A stretch of DNA of 64,000 bases from an uncultured delta proteobacterium (GTDB taxonomy: Bacteria; Desulfobacterota; Binatia; Binatales; Binataceae), in assembly GCA_963699705.1 (NCBI GenBank), contig CAVOUW010000001.1, positions 33,929-97,928 of the forward strand. Direction: 5' to 3'. The notes beneath the pieces are model-generated. The model saw only the letters and a program-made list of their open reading frames with translations, was not told the DNA's origin and did not search any database. Positions 8,544 through 18,360 of the stretch are shown here, piece by piece. The number at the start of each line of letters is the position of its first letter. Position 1 is the stretch's first letter. A program made the position numbers and the translations under genes.

Positions 8544-10342
8544 ATGCCGAAACCTGAGCAATATTCTCCCCTGCCGCCGTGGCCTCGAACTGATTACTGC
8601 GGCGCGCTTCGATCTTCAGACGTCGGCCGCGACGTCGCGCTCTGGGGATGGGTCCAGACGCGACGCGATCACGGCGGCCTGATCTTCATCGATCTGCGCG
8701 ACCGCGATGGAATCGTTCAGTTGGTGCTGAATCCCGCCAACAATGCGGCCGCGCACGAAGCTGCTGGCGAGACGCGTTCCGAATTTTATGTCGCGGTGAA
8801 GGGCAAAGTCGTTCGCCGCGCCGAGGGCACCGTCAACGCCGAGCTTCCCACCGGCGAAATCGAGATCGTGGTCAGTGCGTTCGAGATTCTGAGCTGCGTC
8901 GGCGCCGATGCCATTTCAAATTGCCGACGGCGAGGCGACCGCCGAGGAGATTCGGCTCAAGTATCGCTATCTCGATCTGCGCCGGCCCGAGATGCAGCGC
9001 AATCTGCGCCGGCGCCATCAGGCGTTGCAGGCCGTGCGCGAGTCATCTCGATCAGAACGGATTTATCGACGTCGAGACTCCGATTCTTTTCAAATCGACG
9101 CCCGAAGGCGCGCGCGATTACCTGGTGCCGAGCCGCGTCAATCCCGGGAAGTTTTACGCGCTGCCGCAATCGCCGCAGTTGTTGAAGCAGATCCTGATGA
9201 TCGGCGGATTCGATCGCTACTATCAGATCGCGCGATGCTTCCGCGACGAGGATTTGCGCGCCAATCGCCAGCCCGAATTCAGCCAGATCGATATCGAGAT
9301 GACCTGCCCGCGCCCCGAAGATATCCAGTCGATTGCCGAAGGAATGATCGCGTCGGTCTATCGCAGCGTGCTCGCAATCGATGTGAAGCCGCCGTTTCCG
9401 CGGATGCCGTACTCCGAGGCGATGGAACGCTTTGGTATCGACAAGCCCGATACGCGCTTTGCGATGGAGCTGAAGAATCTGACGACCGCATTTGCAGGCA
9501 CTTCGTTCAAGGTGTTTGCCGAAATTCTCGCGCGCGGCGAGTCTGTGTATGGAATAAACGTCAGCGCCGATCACACTCTGAGCCGCCGCGAACTCGACGA
9601 ACTTACCGAGTTGGTAAAATCACGACACTCGATGGGCCTGGCCTGGATCAAAGTAGGCGAGGGCGGCGCATGGCAGGGACCGGTCGCGAAATATTTGAGC
9701 GATGCCGAGAGAGCCGCGGCAACCGCCGCCTCCGAATTAAAGACCGGCGATACGTTGCTGATGGTTGCTGGACTGCCCGAAAAGGTGCGCCCGGTGCTTG
9801 GTGACATTCGTTTGCAGCTCGCCGCCAAGTTCGGGCTCGACAAATCCGACGAGCTGAAATTTTTGTGGGTCGTCGATTTCCCGATGTTCGACTACAGCGC
9901 CGAGGACAAGCGCATGGTCTCAGTGAACCATCCGTTCACCGCGCCGAATCCCGACGACCTCGCGATGCTCGAATCCGCGCCGCTCAAGGCGCGCGCACTT
10001 GCGTACGACATGGTGCTCAACGGCCAGGAACTCGGCGGCGGCTCGATTCGTATCCATAGCCGCGAGCTGCAATTGAAGGTATTTGAATTGTTGGGGCTCA
10101 CGCGCGAGGAGGCGATCGACCGGTTTGGCTTCTTGCTCGACGCCCTCAAATACGGCGCGCCGCCCCATGGTGGAATCGCTTTTGGAGTCGATCGGATTTG
10201 CATGATGCTGTGTGGCACCGATTCGTTGCGCGACGTGATTGCGTTCCCGAAAACGCAGAAGGCGGTCGATCCGATGAGCGGCGCACCGTCGGAAGTCGAT
10301 CCGCGCCAGCTCAAGGAACTGTCGATCAAGGTGACGTCATGA
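8544..10342 (+). CDS. aspS: Aspartate--tRNA ligase (two apparent indels near 8895 and 9043)
   Basis: [53 protein letters not shown] across three frames. Confidence 0.95.
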
Positions 10343-11133
10343 AACCCGCTACGACTTCGGCGATCGCGCGGTTGGCACTGGTCGTATCGGCGCTATGGCT
10401 GGCGCCCGGATGCACTACGATTGCGGCCGACGCAGTTAATTCGACCACCGGTGCGGTGAGCGATGCGATCAATCAGCGCGACGTCAAGTCGCATGCGGTG
10501 CGCTCGATCAAAACTATCAGCATCAATCGGGTGGCCGTGATGCCGCTGGTATCGGCCACGCCTGGGATTGGCGAGACGCAGGCTCCGGGAGGGGCCGAGG
10601 CGATCAGCGCCGAGCTCTACAGCCAGGTTGCGGTGGCCGGCGGATGGGAGCCGATCCCGGAGCAGGACGTCGCCGATGCGATGCAAAAGTTGCCGCCGAC
10701 CACGCCGTTTAACCTCGACCAAAACGCCCTCAAGCTGGGCCACGACGTTTCCGCCGACGGCGTGATTTACGGCACCGTCGAAAAGTACCAGGAGCGCGTC
10801 GGCATGGACTATTCGGCGGCGAGCCCGGCGTCAGTCTCGTTCTCGCTAAAGTTCGTCGATCTCAAGAGCAGGCAAGTTGTCTGGACCGCGAAGTTCGCCA
10901 AGTCGCAAGCGGCGCTGAGCCAGAATCTTTTCGACCTTGCCAATTTCGTCCAGCGCTCCGGACGCTGGGTGCGCGCGCATGAAATCGCGCAGGAAGGCGT
11001 CAAGGAAGCCGTCGCCGATCTCCACGGCGATCTGAACCTGTCACAAAACGTCAAGCGCTTCGAGACCGGCACCTACGGCGAACTCAAATCAGGCCAGCAG
11101 CGCTACAACACCGGCCCCAACGGCATTTACTAA
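10339..11133 (+). CDS. Putative lipoprotein (CsgG/DUF799-like fold)
   Basis: Signal peptide ending LAPGC; RVAVMPL, ADGVIYGTV, VDLKSRQVVW pattern; ATGA overlap with aspS. Confidence 0.7.
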   Translation: MKPATTSAIARLALVVSALWLAPGCTTIAADAVNSTTGAVSDAINQRDVKSHAVRSIKTISINRVAVMPLVSATPGIGETQAPGGAEAISAELYSQVAVAGGWEPIPEQDVADAMQKLPPTTPFNLDQNALKLGHDVSADGVIYGTVEKYQERVGMDYSAASPASVSFSLKFVDLKSRQVVWTAKFAKSQAALSQNLFDLANFVQRSGRWVRAHEIAQEGVKEAVADLHGDLNLSQNVKRFETGTYGELKSGQQRYNTGPNGIY

Positions 11134-11488
11134 TTGAATGTGAAACCCTCCGCGGGTTCACGCTTCCGCGGCAGGGGTGACCCCTGCACCCAGTGACCGG
11201 AAATCGCAAAATGGCGAGGACGACATTTCGCTCTCAGGTTTTTCCCTGTGCCATTCCAGTGTCGGTGTCTCGGTTATCCTTTCTGTTCCCCCCTTCCCGC
11301 GGGAAAGGGGGTGAGTGGGATAGGACGGGGCGGAATAGTTGTCTCAAATCCGATTCCGCTTCCCGCTCGGGGAGGGATTAGGGGTTAGGTTCTTCACGCG
11401 TCCGCGCGATTCCGAAATCCAACCTCGCCCGTTATTTTCACGGTAGAGGCGGCCGGCCGCATCGCCGCCGGTAGGTGAGGGGTCTGCG
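11131..11488. repeat. Mosaic of repeat families B (11131-11196), A (11286-11391) and C (11421-11488)
   Basis: Matches to other copies in the window; lies between convergent genes. Confidence 0.85.
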
Positions 11489-11547
11489 ATCACATCCCTT
11501 GCACTAATTCTATGACCGCAGGCCGAAGGGCTACCCTTACTTTCAGC

Positions 11548-12652
11548 TTACCACGGAGAGTGCGGCTTCATCTTGAGCGCTTGCGCCACCGCGGGGTGCA
11601 CGATGTGGCCGTCGAACGTGTTCAGGCCGTGACGGATGGCTGAGCTGGTGAGGCCAGCGTCGAGGATGCCGCGATCGGCGATCTCCAGCGCGTAAGTCAG
11701 CGTCGCGTTGGTGAGCGCGTAGGTCGAAGTATGCGGGACCATCGCAGGCATGTTGGTAACGCAGTAGTGCACGACACCGTTGCGGATGAATGTCGGGCGT
11801 GCGTGCGTGGTTGGCGCGCGAAGTTTCCGCGATACCGCCCTGGTCGATCGACAGGTCCACGATCGCAGCGCCCGGACGCATCCGCGATACCATCTTCGCG
11901 CTCAACAGCCGCGGCGCCCGCGCGCCGGGAACCAGCACCGCGCCGATCACGAGGTCGCAGTTGAAGACTTCTTCTTCCAGCGTCGCGCGATTCGACATCA
12001 CGGTGGTCACGCGTCCGCCGAGCAAGTCGCCCAGGTAGCGCAGACGCGTCGGGTTGATATCCATGATCGTTACTTCGGCACCCACGCCCGCCGCCACCCG
12101 GCATGCGTTGAGTCCCGAAATTCCGCCGCCGAGCACGACCACCTTGCCGGGCCGCACCCCCGACGCACCGCTGAGCAGGACGCCGCGTCCGCCGCTGCGC
12201 GCCTGCAGGCACCATGAGCCGGCCTGGATCGCGAGGCGTCCCGCGACTTCGCTCATCGGCGCGAGCAGTGGCAGACTCGAATCCTCGAGCTGAATAGTTT
12301 CGTAGCCGATTGCCGTCACGCGTCGGCGAAGCAACTCACGCGACAGACGCGGGTCCGCGGCGAGATGAAGATACGTGAAAAGAATCTGCCCCGGACGCAT
12401 CAGCGGATATTCCGGCGGCTGCGGCTCCTTGACCTTGAGAATCATGTCGGCTCGAAGCCACACGCCGCGCGCCCCGTTTACGATCGACGCGCCCGCGTTG
12501 CGATAATCGCGATCGGCGAATCCGCTGCCGACGCCCGCGCCTGCCTGCACCGTCACGCGATGACCGTGAGTGCGGAGCGCGGCGACACCGGCCGGAGTCA
12601 GCGATACGCGCTGCTCGTCGGATTTGATTTCAGTGGGGATGCCGACATTCAT
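11548..12652 (-). CDS. ald: Alanine dehydrogenase (one apparent indel near 11810)
   Basis: IGIPTEIK, KVKEPQ, LFTYLHLAA, LLAPMSEVAGR, HYCVTNMP. Confidence 0.93.
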
Positions 12653-12903
12653 GCTCGAGAATTCCTCTGCCCGCTCCGACGATACGGGCGTAATTCGCTG
12701 CTGGCAATCGCGGGCGGTGAACGCACTAACGCCATCGACGCGCGACAGTCAAGAGTCACGCCGATGATCGATCGCTAGCGGGGTGCGAATCGGAACTTGA
12801 CAAAACTCGCGCCGCTGCGCTTCATGATCATTGGACGTGATCGCGTCGGCCTCGCGCGAGTGGGACCTAAAAATGCGCACCGCTCACGATCTACGGAGGA
12901 GTC

Positions 12904-13293
12904 ATGGAGATCCCGCAGGGACTCAAATATTCGAAAGAGCATGAATGGGTCGCGACTGAAGATACAGTTGCGACCGTTGGAATTACCGACCACGCGCAGG
13001 ACCAGTTGGGCGAGATCGTGTACATCGAATTGCCCGCGGTCGGCGACAAGGTCAGCAAGGACGATCCGTTCGGCGTGGTCGAGTCGGTCAAGGCGGTGTC
13101 GGATATTTACGCGCCGGTGACCGGCACTGTGATCGAGATCAACGAAGACCTGCCCGAGAGTCCCGAGACCGTCAATGAAGATCCGTACGGCGACGGATGG
13201 CTGATCAAGGTGAAGATTACCGACATGAGCGATCTTGAAGACCTGATGGACGCCGACGAATACACCGAGCTGCTCGCGCGCGAGAAAGAATAA
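12904..13293 (+). CDS. gcvH: Glycine cleavage system H protein
   Basis: YSKEHEWV, GITDHAQDQLG, lipoyl-lysine VESVKAV, NEDPYGDGWL. Confidence 0.95.
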   Translation: MEIPQGLKYSKEHEWVATEDTVATVGITDHAQDQLGEIVYIELPAVGDKVSKDDPFGVVESVKAVSDIYAPVTGTVIEINEDLPESPETVNEDPYGDGWLIKVKITDMSDLEDLMDADEYTELLAREKE

Positions 13294-13308
13294 TCGCAGC
13301 GATTGGAT

Positions 13309-14733
13309 TCAGGCCGGGGGCGGGGGACCCAAGCCGGCTTCGGCCTTCGACACCGAGATTCTAATCTTGGCGGCGCCAGTGGGAGGATCGATGAACACCA
13401 TCAGGAACGGCGCCGACGCCGCCGGATCCATCGCGAACGTCTTCGGCGGACTCAAGCCCTGAGAAAATTCGATTTCGCGCGGCGTCATTTCACCGAGCAT
13501 CTTGGCCGAGAGCTCGTTGCCGCAATAGACGCTCTGGCTGGCGACCGGACGCGGACTGGCGCCGATCAGATCGGCGTCGATGCCAACCAGGTGCAACGGC
13601 CGCGGTCCGACATTCTGCGCCGTGCCGGTTATGACCAACGCAGTATGCCCGCCCTTGAGCTCGTAATAGTTCGAGTGGACGTCATGCAGCGCAACCAGCA
13701 TCGCGGGCACGATCGGCCGCGCAAAGTATCCGCCGATTTGCGGCGCTGTGCTGAGAATCCGCGCACTTGCGGCCGGCTCGCCGCAGATAAGCGCGCTCGC
13801 TCCAAGAAAAGCGATCGCCACGAAAAAAAACAGCGCGAGAAAAACTCCCGACGAATGAGTCGCGCCGGCGTATGCCGCTTCAGCAGCTTCGTCCTCGTCG
13901 GCGCGCCCCATCTGGAAAGCGGAGGATTTCGCTGGCGCGGGCGGCGTCGCGTATCGAGGCATCTCTGCTTCCAGCGGAGCAGCCATGCGCCGTACCTGAG
14001 TGGGCTTCGGCGGCGGCGCCGGCTCCTCGTCGGCCATCATCGAGGGCGCTTGACGCAGCGGCGCCTGCTCGAAGTCCTCGGGCGTCTCGCCCACCTGCCA
14101 TCCACCGTCGTGCGGCTCGGGACGCTCGAGCTCGTCCTCTGCCGGCGGCGCGTCGATACTTTGAGCGCGCTCATCGCTGAAATCGAACTTCAGATTTTCT
14201 CCGGTGTCGGCCTTCTGATCGCGGTCGCCGAAGGTGCGATTGAGCGGATCGTCGGTTTCCGGTTCCTGTCGAATTTTTTCCTCTCGAACTTCGGGCTTTG
14301 CGGGCGCGGCCGCGGCTGGAGCCGGACGTTGAGCGGGCGGCGCCGCCGGAGTAGGGCGCTTAGCGGGCGCCGGCGCCGGAGTCGGGCGCTGAACGGGCGC
14401 TGGCCGCATCGGCTCCGATCTCTCGACCCGAGCTTCCGGCTTCGGCGCGACGGTCGGCCGCGCGTCGGTTCGAGCATCGGTACGCTTGACTACGTCGCTC
14501 TCGACCGGCGACTTGAGCGCACTGGGCCTCGGCCGCGCCGGGCGGATCGTTTGCGGCTGTTGCGCCTCATTCTCGGGAGCTTCGGGAGCCGGCTTGCGCA
14601 CTTTCGCAGGCACCGGGTCGGCGTTGAACACGTGGCCGCATCGCGAGCACTTGAAGGTCGGTGTATCGTCAGGCAGGACCCGCTCGTCAATTCGATAACG
14701 GGTGTGGCAACTTGTGCATTGAATCTCGATCAT
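13309..14733 (-). CDS. Zinc-ribbon membrane protein (MJ0042-type finger, Pro/Ala linker, TM helix, DUF3426-like C-terminus)
   Basis: CTSC...CSRC N-terminus, PAPA-rich repeats, one TM helix, VITGTAQN. Confidence 0.78.
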   Translation of the reverse strand: MIEIQCTSCHTRYRIDERVLPDDTPTFKCSRCGHVFNADPVPAKVRKPAPEAPENEAQQPQTIRPARPRPSALKSPVESDVVKRTDARTDARPTVAPKPEARVERSEPMRPAPVQRPTPAPAPAKRPTPAAPPAQRPAPAAAAPAKPEVREEKIRQEPETDDPLNRTFGDRDQKADTGENLKFDFSDERAQSIDAPPAEDELERPEPHDGGWQVGETPEDFEQAPLRQAPSMMADEEPAPPPKPTQVRRMAAPLEAEMPRYATPPAPAKSSAFQMGRADEDEAAEAAYAGATHSSGVFLALFFFVAIAFLGASALICGEPAASARILSTAPQIGGYFARPIVPAMLVALHDVHSNYYELKGGHTALVITGTAQNVGPRPLHLVGIDADLIGASPRPVASQSVYCGNELSAKMLGEMTPREIEFSQGLSPPKTFAMDPAASAPFLMVFIDPPTGAAKIRISVSKAEAGLGPPPPA

Positions 14734-14804
14734 ACCCCCACCTCGCATCCCGCAAAAAAAATTATCACACGGCTAGGTGTCGCGCATCTGCGGAGCGTCG
14801 CGCG

Positions 14805-15930
14805 ATGCGTATAGCGCTGCTTACGCGCCGTTTCGATAGCGCTGGCGGCGGCACCGAACGCGATTTGATCGTTACGGCGAATTGCCTGCGCGAAGCCGGG
14901 CACCAGGTTACAATTTTCGCCGACGAGGTTCGCGGCGCGACCGGTACCTGGAATGTTCGCCGGGTCGGCGGTCGCTTGAGGCTCGGGCGCGCGTTGTCGC
15001 TGATTCGATTCGCATGGACCGCCGCACCCGCGGCGCGCCGCGCCGGCGCCGACCTAGTGCTGAGCTTCGCGCGATGCGTCGGCGCGGACGTAATACGCTC
15101 CGGCGGCGGTGCGCATGCCAGTTATCTCCGTGCGGCGCGCAAGTGGCGCGGCCCTCTCGGCGCGACTGCGATGCGCTTCAGCCCGTATCATCAGGTGCAG
15201 ATGATGATCGAGCGCCAGGCGTTCCGAAATCCCGGCTTGAAGCGAGTGATCGCAGTGTCGAACTTCGTGCGCGACGATCTTATTCGGGAATTCAATATTC
15301 CACCCGAAAAAACGCTGACGATTTACAACGGCGTCGATCTCGACCGCTTCCGGCCGGCCGCCGATTCGTCGCAACGCGACGCGGTGCGCCAGAAGTTTGT
15401 GCTTCCGGCCAGCGCGCGAGTGGTCGCATTCGTCGGCAACGGATTCGCGCGCAAGGGATTGGGATTCTTAATCGAAGCATGGCCGCTGGTCGGCCGGCGG
15501 CGCGTTCCTGCTGGTCGTCGGCAGTGATCGACAGACCGAGAAATTCGCGCGCCGAGCTCACGCCCTCAACGTCGGCGCGCGAGTGGTCTTCACCGGTCCC
15601 CAGCCTAAGGTCGAGGAAATTTTCCACGCCGCCGACGCGTTCGCGATGCCGTCGCTGTTCGAGCCCTTCGGCAATGTCGTGATGGAAGCGATGGCAACTG
15701 GATTGCCCGCGCTCACGAGCGCATTTTCAGGCGTCGCCGAAGTCATCCCTGCGTCGATGCGCGGATTCCGCGTTGATAATCCCGACGACGTCGGCGAAGT
15801 AGCACTCCGCCTCGGCGCCCTGTTCGACGCCCCCGCAAGCCTCGCCAACGAAGCGCGCGCCACCGCCGAGAAATTCACCTGGGAGCGCTACGCCAAAGAA
15901 CTTAACACCCTGCTCGAATCGATAGGGTAG
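14805..15930 (+). CDS. Glycosyltransferase family 4 (RfaG-like), apparent indel near 15495
   Basis: GGGTER, IYNGVDLDRF, GNGFARKG, EPFGNVVMEAMA. Confidence 0.88.
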
Positions 15931-15940
15931 GATAAATCAC

Positions 15941-16102
15941 TTAATTGAATGTGAAACCCGCGGTGGGTTTCACACTTCCCGCGGCAGGGCTAAGCCCTGC
16001 ACCTTAGTATCAAGAAGAGATGCGTGTCCGATTCTTACCTCGCCCGTTATTTTCACGGGAGAGGCGGCTGGCCGCATCGCGGCCAGCGGTGAGGGTTCCG
16101 CG
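15941..16102 (-). repeat. Composite repeat B + C
   Basis: Resembles the reverse complement of the module at 47867-48063. Confidence 0.85.
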
Positions 16103-16134
16103 ATTCGAGCTACATACCAATTGTGGCACGATCT

Positions 16135-16980
16135 TCACCCACCCAGCCCGTCGAACATCCCGCGCGCAATCGCCAGCCTCCGCTCCTCCCGCGCGATTCT
16201 CTCGATGCCAGCGCGCGTCAATTGCGCAATCCTCAGCCGCGTCATCGCGATTGCGTTTTTCAAAATCACATCCGCGGCCGAATGCTTCTCATGCAGCATC
16301 CGGCATCGCCCACGCTCGCGCGCGATTCTGATAAACCGTTCGCGATTGGCGCGCGACGGATCAACTTCATGATAGACGACTGCCTTGGGTGCATAGCCGA
16401 TCCGAAAGCCCGCACGTCGCAGGCGCTGCGACATCTCGGTTTCTTCCTCATGCCCGCCCGCGCCGGGACCAAGGCGCTCGTCGAATGGTCCAACTTGCTT
16501 GAGCACATCTGCTCGGAACGCCATATTCGCGCCGAGCACTCCGCGGACCTCGATAACTTCATCGCCGTGATCGACGATCGGCAGGTCAAGGTACGGTGCC
16601 ATCGGCCCAACTTTCTTTTCGGGATCTTCGGCAGCGAGGATTCTCCCTTTCATCGCGGCGAACTCGCGATGCGTATCGAAGAAATTCTCGACCGCCTCGA
16701 GATAGCCCGGCGCGACGACGAGATCGTCGTCGAGGAAAACCAGGATTTCTCCGCCGGCCTGCGCGATCGCGCGATTCTGAATCCTGCACTTCCCGGCGCG
16801 AGTTTCGTGCAGATGCTTGATAGGTGCGCCTTCGAGCGCGAGTTGCATCGGCGCCGGCGTGCCATTTTCCGCGACGATTATCTCGCGCGAGCCGGTCGCG
16901 AGTTCAGGCGCGAGGCTCGCCACCAGCCGCCGCATCGAATCTGGACGATTATGCGTCGCGATGATGACCGAAGTCTTCAA
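16135..16980 (-). CDS. Glycosyltransferase family 2
   Basis: SVIIATHNR, LVFLDDD, GANMAFR, GPFDERLG. Confidence 0.88.
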   Translation of the reverse strand: MKTSVIIATHNRPDSMRRLVASLAPELATGSREIIVAENGTPAPMQLALEGAPIKHLHETRAGKCRIQNRAIAQAGGEILVFLDDDLVVAPGYLEAVENFFDTHREFAAMKGRILAAEDPEKKVGPMAPYLDLPIVDHGDEVIEVRGVLGANMAFRADVLKQVGPFDERLGPGAGGHEEETEMSQRLRRAGFRIGYAPKAVVYHEVDPSRANRERFIRIARERGRCRMLHEKHSAADVILKNAIAMTRLRIAQLTRAGIERIAREERRLAIARGMFDGLGG

Positions 16981-17678
16981 GGCACCTCGACTTTGCGAAA
17001 TCGCATGATGATATTTTCGTCCATCAGCAGGCTCGCGCTGGTCATGAAACCGAACAGCTCGCGATTTATTTTGCGCTGTCCAGGATCTTTCACGCGCCCA
17101 TAGAGCATCCACGAGAATCCCGCGATGAACGGCCACAGTATCGGCGCGAGGATTCGCGATCTTATCTTGCGGCGGCTGCGTCCAATCGCGTCCATCCGCA
17201 GTCCCGCGCCCCAGGCAATCCAGTGCAGGTCGTTGAGGCCCATCACGTGCCAGTTGCGGCCGTCCGCGACGCGATATTTGTACGCCAGCGGCGCGCGCCG
17301 TCCCTTGTAGTAGCCGCTCAGCAGGTAATGTATCCGCGAGCTCACGTTAAGACGATTCGGCGTCGTGATGATCGCGATGCCGCCGGGCCGCATCACGCGC
17401 GCGATTTCGCCGATCATGTGCGGGATGTCCGCGAGATGCTCGATCACTTCGAGCATCATCACCAGGTCGAAACTCGCGCTGCCAAACGGGAGATCGTTGT
17501 CGAGGTTGACCGCAATCCAGCCGGGCTTGCGCGTGCGATACTCTGTCGAAATTACGCGCCATCCGCGCTCCGCCAGCATCCGGCTCGAAAGACCGTCGCC
17601 CGCACTCAAGTCCAGCGCGAGCGACGACACCCGCGGCGCCGGCGCCAGCGCTACCGCGCCGCGAACCCGTTCACTCAT
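16977..17678 (-). CDS. Class I SAM-dependent methyltransferase
   Basis: LDLSAGDG, LPFGSASFDLV, EVIEHL, RVMRPGG.IITTPN. Confidence 0.85.
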   Translation of the reverse strand: MSERVRGAVALAPAPRVSSLALDLSAGDGLSSRMLAERGWRVISTEYRTRKPGWIAVNLDNDLPFGSASFDLVMMLEVIEHLADIPHMIGEIARVMRPGGIAIITTPNRLNVSSRIHYLLSGYYKGRRAPLAYKYRVADGRNWHVMGLNDLHWIAWGAGLRMDAIGRSRRKIRSRILAPILWPFIAGFSWMLYGRVKDPGQRKINRELFGFMTSASLLMDENIIMRFRKVEVP

Positions 17679-17795
17679 CGTAACCGCAGATTGTGTGTTA
17701 CTGGCACTGCATGCTCAAGACGTGAGCGCGGAAATTCGAATCCCGTCTTGAATTGGAATCATCAGGCGGTTAGACACTATACTCTTGCCGTGTAC

Positions 17796-17881
17796 GCGAG
17801 AGTGGCGGAATGGCAGACGCGCAAGGCTCAGGACCTTGTGAGCGCAAGCTCGTAGGGGTTCAAGTCCCCTCTCTCGCACCA
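17796..17881 (+). tRNA. tRNA-Leu(CAG)
   Basis: Acceptor GCGAGAG/CTCTCGC + ACCA; anticodon arm CAAGG-CTCAGGA-CCTTG; long variable arm; GGTTCAAGTCC T-loop. Confidence 0.96.
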
Positions 17882-17911
17882 ATTTGATCGCGATTCGCCG
17901 CGCGCTGCAAC

Positions 17912-18166
17912 TCAATATGGCGCGGGGATTGCGGTAGTCGAATCCTTGTTGCCTGTGTGTTCGGGACCGTGGCACTTCGCTACGTCGGCTTCGGTGGCGC
18001 TCAAATTAGAGGCGATCTCAGCGTCGGAGCGCCCCGATTGCTGTTGCAGCTTCACGGCATTGCAATCGACGTGGTCAGTGGATATCGAACTGCAAGCCGA
18101 CACCCCTCCAACCAGCAACGTTCCCAGCGCGGCGGCAATCCCCAGTTTGCGAAATGCGTCAGCCAT
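17912..18166 (-). CDS. Small putative lipoprotein (84 aa)
   Basis: SD GGAGGG; signal peptide ending VSAC; two further Cys. Confidence 0.7.
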   Translation of the reverse strand: MADAFRKLGIAAALGTLLVGGVSACSSISTDHVDCNAVKLQQQSGRSDAEIASNLSATEADVAKCHGPEHTGNKDSTTAIPAPY

Positions 18167-18287
18167 GAAAATATCCCTCCGCGGTCGAATACCTCGTCCC
18201 CAACACGAGCATGCGCAAGATATTATTAACCGATCGGTATTTACAAGCCGCAAATCGAATGGACCTGTCGCCGTCACCGCATCGCGC

Positions 18288-18316
18288 TTGAGAGGTGACA
18301 GCGCGGACAATATGAT
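18288..18316 (+). promoter_or_regulatory. Sigma70-type promoter of valS
   Basis: TTGAGA-N17-TATGAT. Confidence 0.65.
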
Positions 18317-18360
18317 TTGAGTGAAGGGCGTTCGCGCCCTTTTTTCGACGGAGCGATTCG

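Noticed and set aside
13303-14814. Long antisense ORFs (also 18766-20139, 42242-44122, 50065-51303, 59680-61326)
   Set aside because: Shadow frames of well-supported genes, expected in GC-rich DNA, with no recognisable motifs.
14805-18166. Genomic island at tRNA-Leu
   Set aside because: No integrase, no duplicated tRNA 3' end seen, and composition resembles the flanks.
18290-18346. T-box riboswitch before valS
   Set aside because: GGTGACAGCGCG mismatches the UGGNACC bulge, lies in the promoter spacer, and there is no room for stem I.
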